Below are positions 9,969-17,546 of a stretch of DNA of 20,000 nt, in pieces. Each line of letters starts with the position of its first letter. Position 1 is the first letter of the stretch. This stretch comes from an uncultured virus (IMG/VR IMGVR_UViG_3300042391_000450). Its lineage: Duplodnaviria; Heunggongvirae; Uroviricota; Caudoviricetes. Where the stretch lies: IMG/VR virus record IMGVR_UViG_3300042391_000450. One strand, 5' to 3'. The notes under the pieces are model-generated. The model was given only the letters and a program-made list of their open reading frames with translations. It was not told where the DNA came from and did not search any database. Made by a program: the position numbers and the translations under genes.

Positions 9969-11264
9969 ATGAGCACAATTAATACCAATGGAATAAATGT
10001 AAACTATCCTATACCGGGAGAGAATAATTCTACTCAAGGTTTTAGAGATAACTTTGCATCTATCAAAACGAATTTAAATACTGCCGGAACAGAAATAACT
10101 GATCTTCAGAATAAAGTAGTTCTTAAAGCTGCGTTGAATGGTTCTACAATTAACAACGACATGGCTAATACTCTTATTAGCAATGCTTCTACTAGATCGT
10201 TTAGAGCTACTACTTATAATTTAGGTAATGCGTTATCAGGCACTGTTTTAGTTAACGTAGCACAAGCAGATGTACAATATGGTAATGTAGCAGGAAATGT
10301 AACATTACAGTTTGGTTCTTGGGCTCCCACTAACACAGAAAGTGCTATTACTTTGCGTTTAGGCATTAGTAATAGTAGTGCAGTTATAACATTTCCTAGT
10401 CAAGTAGTAGCATCAAATAATAATTTTGGTGGAACTATTTTAGAAAACTATGCAAACATAGCAAACGTAATTACAATTACAGCGCCGTACGATGTTGAGC
10501 AGTTAGAATTTAAACTAAGAACATTAGATTGCGGTAATACTATTACTATAGAACCTATGAATAGACCCTACCAGTCTACTCAAATTATAAAAAGAACTCC
10601 TCCAAGTACCGGCCAACAAGGTGACAAAGTAGGTACTGTTTGTATTGATACCGGTACAAGTCAGTTAGTTGTTACTGGTGCAAATACTGATCCTTATTTT
10701 ACAACGTCAAGCACAACAACTCTGTATCCAGGATTATCAGTAACCTTTACAGGAACTAGTTTAGAAGCAAACGTTGTAGTAGGTAATACTTATTATATTA
10801 GAAACGTAGTAAACAGTACACGATTTACTGTATCTTCTACCGTAAGCGGATCAAATATTGCTATAGGTGCTAACGCTACAGGAACAGCAATGCTGTTAAA
10901 TGCCGTACAGTATATGTATGTTGCTGTAGCAAATTACTCTGCAAATGCATTCAATAGAAATATAGCTAATACCACCTCTCCGAATATCATAACTGTAAGT
11001 GGATCAACAGCTAACTTAGAAGTAAATAATCCTATTATTTTCGCAGGTAATGCTTCGGGTAATACTGCTAACATAGAACTAGATACAGTATATTACATTA
11101 ATTCAGTGTCAGGTAGTAATGTAACTATTAGTAAGACTAGATACAACGGTGTAGCAGGACCTGAATATACTAATATTACTACAGTTAGTTCTAATGTTGA
11201 TATTGATTATACGGTATACGACGGACCAGATATTTTTAGAAGAACAACGTTGAATCCATTCTAA
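9969..11264 (+). CDS. Virion structural (tail/baseplate) protein
   Basis: N/T/S-rich 431 aa. N-terminal YPIPGENNSTQGFRDNFASIKTNL followed by a coiled coil; two beta-rich repeats in the C-terminal half. Confidence 0.7.
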   Translation: MSTINTNGINVNYPIPGENNSTQGFRDNFASIKTNLNTAGTEITDLQNKVVLKAALNGSTINNDMANTLISNASTRSFRATTYNLGNALSGTVLVNVAQADVQYGNVAGNVTLQFGSWAPTNTESAITLRLGISNSSAVITFPSQVVASNNNFGGTILENYANIANVITITAPYDVEQLEFKLRTLDCGNTITIEPMNRPYQSTQIIKRTPPSTGQQGDKVGTVCIDTGTSQLVVTGANTDPYFTTSSTTTLYPGLSVTFTGTSLEANVVVGNTYYIRNVVNSTRFTVSSTVSGSNIAIGANATGTAMLLNAVQYMYVAVANYSANAFNRNIANTTSPNIITVSGSTANLEVNNPIIFAGNASGNTANIELDTVYYINSVSGSNVTISKTRYNGVAGPEYTNITTVSSNVDIDYTVYDGPDIFRRTTLNPF

Positions 11265-11266
11265 TT

Positions 11267-11506
11267 ATGGAACATCCATTTATAGTATCACTTACAGATA
11301 AAAATTTAGAAGAGCTCCAGAATACGTTATCCGATTTGTACGGTAAATTAAATTTTGCATACAGATCGGGTAATGGAGCATTGATCAGTCAAATACATAT
11401 GGTTATAGAAAGTTATCGGACTGAATATAATAAAAGAATGGACGAAATGATCAAAAAGCAAAACATTAACGCTCAAATTAACATTGAAAAAGGTAGTAAG
11501 AGTTAA
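11267..11506 (+). CDS. Hypothetical protein (small, helical)
   Basis: 79-aa ORF tightly packed after the previous stop. Confidence 0.7.
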   Translation: MEHPFIVSLTDKNLEELQNTLSDLYGKLNFAYRSGNGALISQIHMVIESYRTEYNKRMDEMIKKQNINAQINIEKGSKS

Positions 11507-11515
11507 CCTTTTTCA

Positions 11516-11544
11516 TTGACATAAACTTACAATTAATATATCAT
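11516..11544 (+). promoter_or_regulatory. Sigma70-type promoter TTGACA-N17-TATCAT
   Basis: -35 at 11516-11521, 17-nt spacer, -10 at 11539-11544; ATG 11551 lies at the expected +1. Confidence 0.75.
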
Positions 11545-11550
11545 CAATCA

Positions 11551-12057
11551 ATGATTATTGATAACTTCGGTCAGCACATCTTTAACGAAAAAGACATATG
11601 TAATTTGTACATGACTGACCCTACTCGGCAGTTAAAATCATTACTTGTAAAAGAAGTAATTAACTTTGATTCAGAACTAGATTTACAAAAACTACCAGAA
11701 CTTCTTGAATATCAAACCAGTGACCAAACTATTGAAGAATTTGACAACATAAGATCAACCGAATGGTTCATGCCTGAAGAATATAAAAATTTTGATATTG
11801 CTAAATGGATTTTAGAGCAATGCAAAACTGATGAAGAATTACAACGCGCAGGAGAAGAACTGATTATGTTTCAAGAACGAGACATGTTTATTCTTCTTCA
11901 ATACTTAAAATATTTAGTAGACACTATGCGTAAACATAACATAGTATGGGGTGTAGGTAGAGGTAGTAGTATTGCTAGTTTTGTTTTATATCTAATAGGG
12001 ATACATAGGATAAATAGTTTATACTATCAAATATCAATTAATGAGTTTTTAAAATAG
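11551..12057 (+). CDS. dnaE: DNA polymerase III alpha (DnaE) fragment, N-terminal part of the palm/NTPase domain
   Basis: YLVDTMRKHNIVWGVGRGSSIASFVLYLIGIHRINSLYYQISINEFLK aligns with the DnaE motif DFIxxAxxxxIxVGPGRGSxAGSLVAYxLGITxIDPxxxxLLFERFL. Only 168 aa. Confidence 0.8.
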   Translation: MIIDNFGQHIFNEKDICNLYMTDPTRQLKSLLVKEVINFDSELDLQKLPELLEYQTSDQTIEEFDNIRSTEWFMPEEYKNFDIAKWILEQCKTDEELQRAGEELIMFQERDMFILLQYLKYLVDTMRKHNIVWGVGRGSSIASFVLYLIGIHRINSLYYQISINEFLK

Positions 12058-12064
12058 GAGACTA

Positions 12065-12403
12065 ATGATGACAAAGTATAGAACTGCAATGGGAAAGACG
12101 ATAGACATGGCTTCACTAACCGCAAAAAATGAAAAGGTAAGAGCCGTAGGTAACATGAGTGTAAATGCTCGTGGAGACACGATTGATGCTCAAGGTAACG
12201 TAATAGTACCTGCTACAAAAAAAGTAAGTAATAATTATCAAAAAACTGTGGGTAATAGGTCAGCAAACGTAGTAAAACCCCAACCAAAAGCTAATAAACC
12301 TACACCTGAACTAACACCAGATGAAATTGAACTAGAACAATCTCTTGACGATGATATAGAAATAGAACAAATTAAAGCAAAAGAAAGGAAAAGTACTAAA
12401 TGA
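12065..12403 (+). CDS. Hypothetical protein
   Basis: 112 aa with AGGAG RBS; conserved-looking core AVGNMSVNARGD and a low-complexity charged tail. Confidence 0.75.
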   Translation: MMTKYRTAMGKTIDMASLTAKNEKVRAVGNMSVNARGDTIDAQGNVIVPATKKVSNNYQKTVGNRSANVVKPQPKANKPTPELTPDEIELEQSLDDDIEIEQIKAKERKSTK

Positions 12404-12687
12404 AGATTAAACCAATACAAGGCAGAATAGTAGTTAAAGAAGTTGAAACAATAAAAAAGAGTGCAGGCGGTCTTATCTTAGCAGGCGCGGCAGCAGATAA
12501 ACCTAATCAAGGTATCGTAATTGCTGTAGGTCCTGGAACTTATTTAGAAAATGGCACTTTTGTAGTACCCGGAGTTAATGAGGGTGACAAAGTTCTTTTC
12601 GTTCAAGGCGCGGGTCAAGTAGTAAAAGTAGAAGATCAAGAGTACCGCATTCTACAAGAAGATGAAATTTTGGCAATTATTAAGTAA
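12400..12687 (+). CDS. groES: Co-chaperonin GroES (canonical)
   Basis: MKIKPIQGRIVVK...KSAGGLIL...KPNQGIVIAVGPG...VNEGDKVLF...YRILQEDEILAII; 95 aa; ATGA overlap with the upstream gene. Confidence 0.93.
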   Translation: MKIKPIQGRIVVKEVETIKKSAGGLILAGAAADKPNQGIVIAVGPGTYLENGTFVVPGVNEGDKVLFVQGAGQVVKVEDQEYRILQEDEILAIIK

Positions 12688-12694
12688 GGATATT

Positions 12695-13060
12695 ATGTTA
12701 ACAGCTAAAAATACGAATGCTATTCAAGTAGAAGAGTTTTTACCTCTTAAAGATTCTGTAGTTGTTCATCAAATGGAATTTGGTGAAAGATTGAGTCATG
12801 CAGGTCTTATTCTTCCAAATGATGATATGAAAAATTCTGGTATCAGACCTCGTTGGGCTAGAGTTTATGCGATCGGTCCAGATCAAAAAGATTTAGAAGT
12901 CGGGAAATGGATTTATATCGCACACGGAAGATGGACTAGAGGTGTAAAGATTGAAGACGCTGAAGGTGTCCAAATTGTTCGCAAAGTAGACAATAAAGAT
13001 ATACTATTAGTAAGCGATGAAAAAGTTGAAGACTATAACATGAGTGATAAGGGAATCTAA
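12695..13060 (+). CDS. Divergent GroES-like co-chaperonin (T4 gp31-like role possible)
   Basis: Start re-assigned to ATG 12695 (AAGGA RBS). FLPLKDSVVV...AGLILP...ARVYAIGPDQKDLEVGKWI...DILLV follows the Cpn10 pattern. Confidence 0.75.
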   Translation: MLTAKNTNAIQVEEFLPLKDSVVVHQMEFGERLSHAGLILPNDDMKNSGIRPRWARVYAIGPDQKDLEVGKWIYIAHGRWTRGVKIEDAEGVQIVRKVDNKDILLVSDEKVEDYNMSDKGI

Positions 13061-13365
13061 TGAAATTTTTTAAGAAATGGTTTGCAAATATGTGCCGTGA
13101 AGCGTGGGAAAATGCGCGTGAATACGAAAAAACAAGAGGGGATAGACCTTCAATAGCAAATTCACTATCGCCTAAGTCAGTTGATTCTATTGACTCTAAC
13201 GGTACTAGGTTTACTGTGTACAAAGCTGACGGCGGGCATGTAGTAGAAACACGTAGTTATGATAAAAACCACGACAGTCAAACCAGTTTATACATAGTTA
13301 CATCCGAACAAGATTTGGGTGAGAGACTAGCACACATTGTAACATACGAAGCAATCAAGAGATAA
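13060..13365 (+). CDS. Hypothetical protein
   Basis: 101-aa ORF with a TAATG stop/start overlap. Confidence 0.7.
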   Translation: MKFFKKWFANMCREAWENAREYEKTRGDRPSIANSLSPKSVDSIDSNGTRFTVYKADGGHVVETRSYDKNHDSQTSLYIVTSEQDLGERLAHIVTYEAIKR

Positions 13366-13368
13366 TTA

Positions 13369-14298
13369 ATGAAGAATAGACTTTGGGTTGAGGCATACAG
13401 GCCTAAATCTGTAAATGAATATGTTTTTGTTGATGAAAGACAAAAACAAATCGTTAATCAATGGATCAAAGATGGAATGATCCCTCACTTACTGTTATCC
13501 GGTGATCCAGGCACCGGTAAGACTACACTGGCAAAAGTTCTAATCAAAGAGCTTGGCGTAGAAGAATACGATGTAATGGAGATTAACGCTTCTAGAGATA
13601 ACGGCGTAGGTATTGTTAGAACTAAAATCAATAACTTTGCTGAAACAATGCCTTTTGGTAAATTCAAAGTTATCTTGCTAGACGAAGCTGATTACACTTC
13701 TCCTGAGTTTCAAGCAGCACTTAGAAACGATATGGAAGCTTATGCTAATACAGTAAGATTTATTCTTACTTGTAACTATGAGCACAAGATTATTCCTGCA
13801 CTAAGAGAAAGCAGATGTACTAAGTTTCACATTGCAAAACCTGATATTACTGAATTTACTGCTAGAGCAGCAACGGTTCTTGTTACCGAAAACATAGATT
13901 TTACACTAGAAGACTTAGATAGCTATGTTCGCGGCTGTTATCCAGATTTGCGCAAGTGTTTGAATCAGCTACAAGCTAACTCAGGTACAGGAAAATTACA
14001 ACCTCCTCATTCTGAAGGTAATGGTGAAGAAGAGTTATTGACTCAAGCTGCACAGTTATTTAAAACAGGTAAGATTCTTGAAGGTAGACAGCAACTAATG
14101 CAGTACATTGCTCTTTATCCAACAAGAGTAGAAAATACATATCGGTGGATGTACAACAATCTTGATCTTTGGGGTAAGACTAACGATAAGAAAGATCAGT
14201 CTATTATCACTATTAGAAATGGCTTGGCTAGTCTTCCTCTTGTGGGTATACCTGAAATAAGTTTAGCAGCTACACTTGCTGAGCTAACAGGGAGTTAA
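13369..14298 (+). CDS. Clamp loader AAA+ subunit (RFC small subunit / T4 gp44-like)
   Basis: LWVEAYRP, Walker A GDPGTGKT, EINAS, Walker B ILLDEAD, FILTCN and the SRC arginine finger. Confidence 0.92.
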   Translation: MKNRLWVEAYRPKSVNEYVFVDERQKQIVNQWIKDGMIPHLLLSGDPGTGKTTLAKVLIKELGVEEYDVMEINASRDNGVGIVRTKINNFAETMPFGKFKVILLDEADYTSPEFQAALRNDMEAYANTVRFILTCNYEHKIIPALRESRCTKFHIAKPDITEFTARAATVLVTENIDFTLEDLDSYVRGCYPDLRKCLNQLQANSGTGKLQPPHSEGNGEEELLTQAAQLFKTGKILEGRQQLMQYIALYPTRVENTYRWMYNNLDLWGKTNDKKDQSIITIRNGLASLPLVGIPEISLAATLAELTGS

Positions 14299-14299
14299 A

Positions 14300-14587
14300 A
14301 TGCGTTATTTGTTAATATCATTTTTTAGAAGAAAGGGTGGTCAAATTGATGAAATGGTTAAGACATCCAAACGACTTCAAGAATCCGATATCAATACTTC
14401 TAATGTTATTATTGATTATGCGGACAAAAAAGTAGAAAAGTGTGTAATTGAAGGTAAAAAGGTTGATACTGATTTTGACAAAATGAATATTTATTATAAA
14501 AAAATATACCCTAATATCATTGATCAGTTAGAAAAAGAAGCGATAATAACAAAAAATCAACTATCCAAACTTAAGAAAACAAAATAA
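14300..14587 (+). CDS. Hypothetical protein
   Basis: 95-aa ORF with a GGAG RBS directly after the clamp loader. Confidence 0.7.
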   Translation: MRYLLISFFRRKGGQIDEMVKTSKRLQESDINTSNVIIDYADKKVEKCVIEGKKVDTDFDKMNIYYKKIYPNIIDQLEKEAIITKNQLSKLKKTK

Positions 14588-14614
14588 AAAACGGGGCTAA
14601 GCCCCGTTTTATTT
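14586..14614. terminator. Bidirectional Rho-independent terminator
   Basis: AAAACGGGGC-TAA-GCCCCGTTTT hairpin with A and T flanks, between convergent genes. Confidence 0.88.
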
Positions 14615-15405
14615 TATGAGTACATCTTAAGTATATGTTCTATAATCTTATGCCTCCTTATATCTTTAGTGTCAAATTTGCAGACAGTCATTCCAGGCAC
14701 TGCACATTTTTCTACTCGTGTTACTAAATCTAGTAGGCCGTTTTGAGATGTTTGGCGATCTGTTTGTTCAATGTCGCCTGTAATGATAATCTTACTACCT
14801 TCGCCTATTCTAGTTAATAACATCTTGAGTTGAACGGGTGTGCTATTCTGGCTTTCATCCACAATAATCCAACTATTTTTAAAAGTTCTGCCTCGACAAA
14901 AACCAAGTGGTGTAATTTCTATCACATGTTCGTCTAACATATACTTTAATTCTGTTGCACTATAAAATTCATTGAGAACATCATATAAAGGACGCACCCA
15001 TGGTTCCATCTTCTGATTTAAGTCTCCTGGTAAGAATCCATGATCTTCATCGTCTACTGATACCGCCGGCCTCGTCAATATTATCTTTTCGCATTCCCCG
15101 TCTCGTAATGCTTGTATAGCAGCTAATACCGCTAGATAAGTTTTACCTGTACCTGCTGGTCCTGAAGAGATAACTACATCTTTTTCTGGATCAGTAAGTG
15201 ATAAAATATATTTTTCTTGGTTTACGCTTTTTGGAATAAGTTCAATTTTTCTGCGGGGTTTTTGTTTTTGCTGAGCTTGATTAAAATCTATCACTGTTTT
15301 AGATTCTTTAGTATAGAATGTTTTACTATCATCATACGAGTTCATTTCTTGTCTAGTGAATCTTGGATCTTTCTTTCGTAATGCACCGGTTTTTCTTTTG
15401 CTCAA
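14614..15405 (-). CDS. phoH: PhoH-like ATPase
   Basis: GPAGTGKTYLA, ILTRPAV, GFLPGDLNQKMEPW, RGRTF, DESQN, LLTRIGEGSK and TGDIEQTD. TTG start with AAAGGAG RBS on the minus strand. Confidence 0.95.
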   Translation of the reverse strand: MSKRKTGALRKKDPRFTRQEMNSYDDSKTFYTKESKTVIDFNQAQQKQKPRRKIELIPKSVNQEKYILSLTDPEKDVVISSGPAGTGKTYLAVLAAIQALRDGECEKIILTRPAVSVDDEDHGFLPGDLNQKMEPWVRPLYDVLNEFYSATELKYMLDEHVIEITPLGFCRGRTFKNSWIIVDESQNSTPVQLKMLLTRIGEGSKIIITGDIEQTDRQTSQNGLLDLVTRVEKCAVPGMTVCKFDTKDIRRHKIIEHILKMYS

Positions 15406-15447
15406 GTGTGTTCTCCTTTTGTTTTACATGAAGCTATGCTTCATTAA

Positions 15448-15455
15448 TATTTAAG
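15448..15455 (-). promoter_or_regulatory. T4-late-like promoter box CTTAAATA for phoH
   Basis: tatttaag on the + strand, about 40 nt upstream of the phoH start, within the divergent intergenic region. Confidence 0.45.
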
Positions 15456-15502
15456 TAGGTAATATGCGCGTAAGACTGTACTATTAAAAGTAGTTAGCTT
15501 AT

Positions 15503-15566
15503 GATAAATATATGAATGTTCCGATTAAGTATTTTTACCGTTGTGTTTTATAATAAGTGATAAATA
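15503..15566 (+). promoter_or_regulatory. Two tandem GATAAATA late-like boxes (15503-15510 and 15559-15566)
   Basis: The second box is followed by a 5-nt spacer (agtat) and ATG 15572. Confidence 0.6.
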
Positions 15567-15571
15567 AGTAT

Positions 15572-16156
15572 ATGAAAACAAAAACCGCAGATAAATTCTT
15601 TGACACCATTAACTTTATTAGTATCGTAGATACTGTAAAAGGTATATACACTAGTGACGGCACAATGTCCACTTTGTTAGACTATGAAAGAGTTATAGAT
15701 GATGCTGATGTTTATGCATTTAAAAATTGGATTAACGGTGAGTTAGTTCAAGGTCCTGATGTAGGAAGATACACAGCAACTTGCATTTTCATGTGGCCGT
15801 ACAAAATGATGCCTGATCCCAGAGGTGCTGTAAGATTATTAAAGATTGGATGCAAAGTAGAATTTGCTAAATCTGAAATAAAAGTTCCAGTTGAAGTAAG
15901 AGACTATGAAGACTTGGTCCCGGGCGGTAATTATCCCAAGATGAAAGAAAGAAAAGTTTGGTTCGTAAAAATAGAAATACCTTTAGCACTAATGGATTCT
16001 ATTAAAGAGGGATCTATTGACTTAGCAGATAGCACTATTGACTTAGCAGATATTGAAGATGCATATAACGAAGATTTAGACAAAGATGCGTCAAAAATAG
16101 AAGATTCTGAACAAGAAGATATGGATCAACCAGCATTACCATCAGAGCAGATATAA
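15572..16156 (+). CDS. Hypothetical phage protein
   Basis: Start re-assigned from GTG 15557 to ATG 15572. Globular core (NWINGELVQGP...MPDPRGAVRL) and acidic tail. Confidence 0.75.
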   Translation: MKTKTADKFFDTINFISIVDTVKGIYTSDGTMSTLLDYERVIDDADVYAFKNWINGELVQGPDVGRYTATCIFMWPYKMMPDPRGAVRLLKIGCKVEFAKSEIKVPVEVRDYEDLVPGGNYPKMKERKVWFVKIEIPLALMDSIKEGSIDLADSTIDLADIEDAYNEDLDKDASKIEDSEQEDMDQPALPSEQI

Positions 16157-16699
16157 ATGACTATTATAAAAGAAAGTTTAGATTATTTGGATATGGAAGG
16201 ACAATTAGAATCTAAGATTTCTATAGATGAATATGCTGCTAAAATGGGTCCAGATCACGAGGTAGTAACACTGTCATTTATTGTAAAATCCGAATTGGCA
16301 GGTGAAGATTTGGTATCTTGGTTTGAAAAGGGTTATGATTTTGTTATTGATGCTAGTACTAGTGAAGGTGAGCTTGCTCCGGGAAAGTATGTAGTGTTCG
16401 TAGAATTGGACAGAAGATCAAGAGTACCTCAGCGTGTTATTGAATTATTAAACGATTTAAAAACACTTACTGGAATACAAATGAAAGATTGGGTAATACA
16501 AATTGATAGCAAAGAATACCCAGCTAGTGAAGAAATAATACGAGAAAAGGTTATTCTAAACCCAAACGAGTACAAATCCGAAAAAGAAGATGAATCAGAA
16601 CTTAATGAAATGCGAGTAGCAGCTGGATTAGAACCTAAAAAACTTTTTGGGGAAAAAGACGCACTATTAAAAGATTTTATTATGTCCGCAGGGCTTTAA
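16157..16699 (+). CDS. Hypothetical phage protein (possibly head-associated)
   Basis: 180 aa. N-terminal IIKE-S; C-terminal ELNEMRVAAGL and KDFIMSAGL motifs. Confidence 0.72.
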   Translation: MTIIKESLDYLDMEGQLESKISIDEYAAKMGPDHEVVTLSFIVKSELAGEDLVSWFEKGYDFVIDASTSEGELAPGKYVVFVELDRRSRVPQRVIELLNDLKTLTGIQMKDWVIQIDSKEYPASEEIIREKVILNPNEYKSEKEDESELNEMRVAAGLEPKKLFGEKDALLKDFIMSAGL

Positions 16700-16703
16700 A
16701 CCA

Positions 16704-16732
16704 TTGACATTATCTAAATCGTGTTGTATAAT
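16704..16732 (+). promoter_or_regulatory. Perfect sigma70 consensus promoter TTGACA-N17-TATAAT
   Basis: -35 at 16704-16709, -10 at 16727-16732; ATG at 16738 follows after 5 nt. Confidence 0.85.
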
Positions 16733-16737
16733 AAACA

Positions 16738-17529
16738 ATGGAATATTATTCAATATTAGGCATAGACAATAAATCTTCTCAAGAAGATATCAAAAAAGCC
16801 TATAAAAAATTAGCTATGAAATATCATCCTGACCGAAATAACGGAGATGATGTTCAATTCAAAAAAATCCAAGAAGCATATGATACATTGGGCGACCCAA
16901 TAAAAAGACAACAGTACGATAACCCATCTAGAAATCAGCAGCAATTTGGGTTTAATATGAATTCCGCTGAATTTGATACTATCTTTAGTCAGTTTTTCGG
17001 AGGTAGACAACACAACTATGCCCATAATCAAAAACAAACATTTAAAACTCAAGTTAGTGTGTCATTAGTAGATGCTTTTAAAGGATCTACACATGTTTTG
17101 CAGTTGTCTACTCATTCTGGTAGTAAAATAATAAATATTAATGTACCTCCAGGAATTGAAACCGGAGATTCTATTAGATATGACGATGTAATAGAAAATG
17201 CAATATTGTTAGTGCAATTTGTTGTTTTACCTGATTTGAGATTTGACAGAAAAGGAAATGATTTGTACTCTCACTATTCCATTTCTATATTAGATTTAAT
17301 AGTTGGTACTAAGTTTAAGTTTACAACAATAGATCAACGAATTCTAGAAGTTAAAATAAATCCCAAAACACAACCTTATATGCAACTTAAAATACCCAAA
17401 GCAGGTATGCCCGATAAAAAAAATGGATACGGAGACCAATTTATCTTGCTAAAACCTTATATGCCTGATAATATAAGTCATGAAATAACTACAGCTATTA
17501 ACGATCATTTAGAAAGAACAACCAAATAA
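16738..17529 (+). CDS. dnaJ: DnaJ-class chaperone (class B / CbpA-like, no zinc finger)
   Basis: J-domain YYSILG...[17 protein letters not shown]...[11 protein letters not shown], a short G/F region (FSQFFGG) and C-terminal domains ([11 protein letters not shown]...GDQFI). Confidence 0.92.
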   Translation: MEYYSILGIDNKSSQEDIKKAYKKLAMKYHPDRNNGDDVQFKKIQEAYDTLGDPIKRQQYDNPSRNQQQFGFNMNSAEFDTIFSQFFGGRQHNYAHNQKQTFKTQVSVSLVDAFKGSTHVLQLSTHSGSKIININVPPGIETGDSIRYDDVIENAILLVQFVVLPDLRFDRKGNDLYSHYSISILDLIVGTKFKFTTIDQRILEVKINPKTQPYMQLKIPKAGMPDKKNGYGDQFILLKPYMPDNISHEITTAINDHLERTTK

Positions 17530-17546
17530 ATCAAAAGGAGTAAAAG

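Noticed and set aside
12055..12090. Stop-codon reassignment or read-through extending the DnaE fragment
   Set aside because: Reading through the TAG gives ETNDDKV then another TAG, with no DIDxD motif. The TAG overlaps the next gene's AGGAG RBS, and all other genes are intact under code 11.
15512..15553. 13-codon ORF MNVPIKYFYRCVL after the first GATAAATA box
   Set aside because: The ATG is only 1 nt after the box, so upstream of the expected start site, and has no RBS; likely chance.
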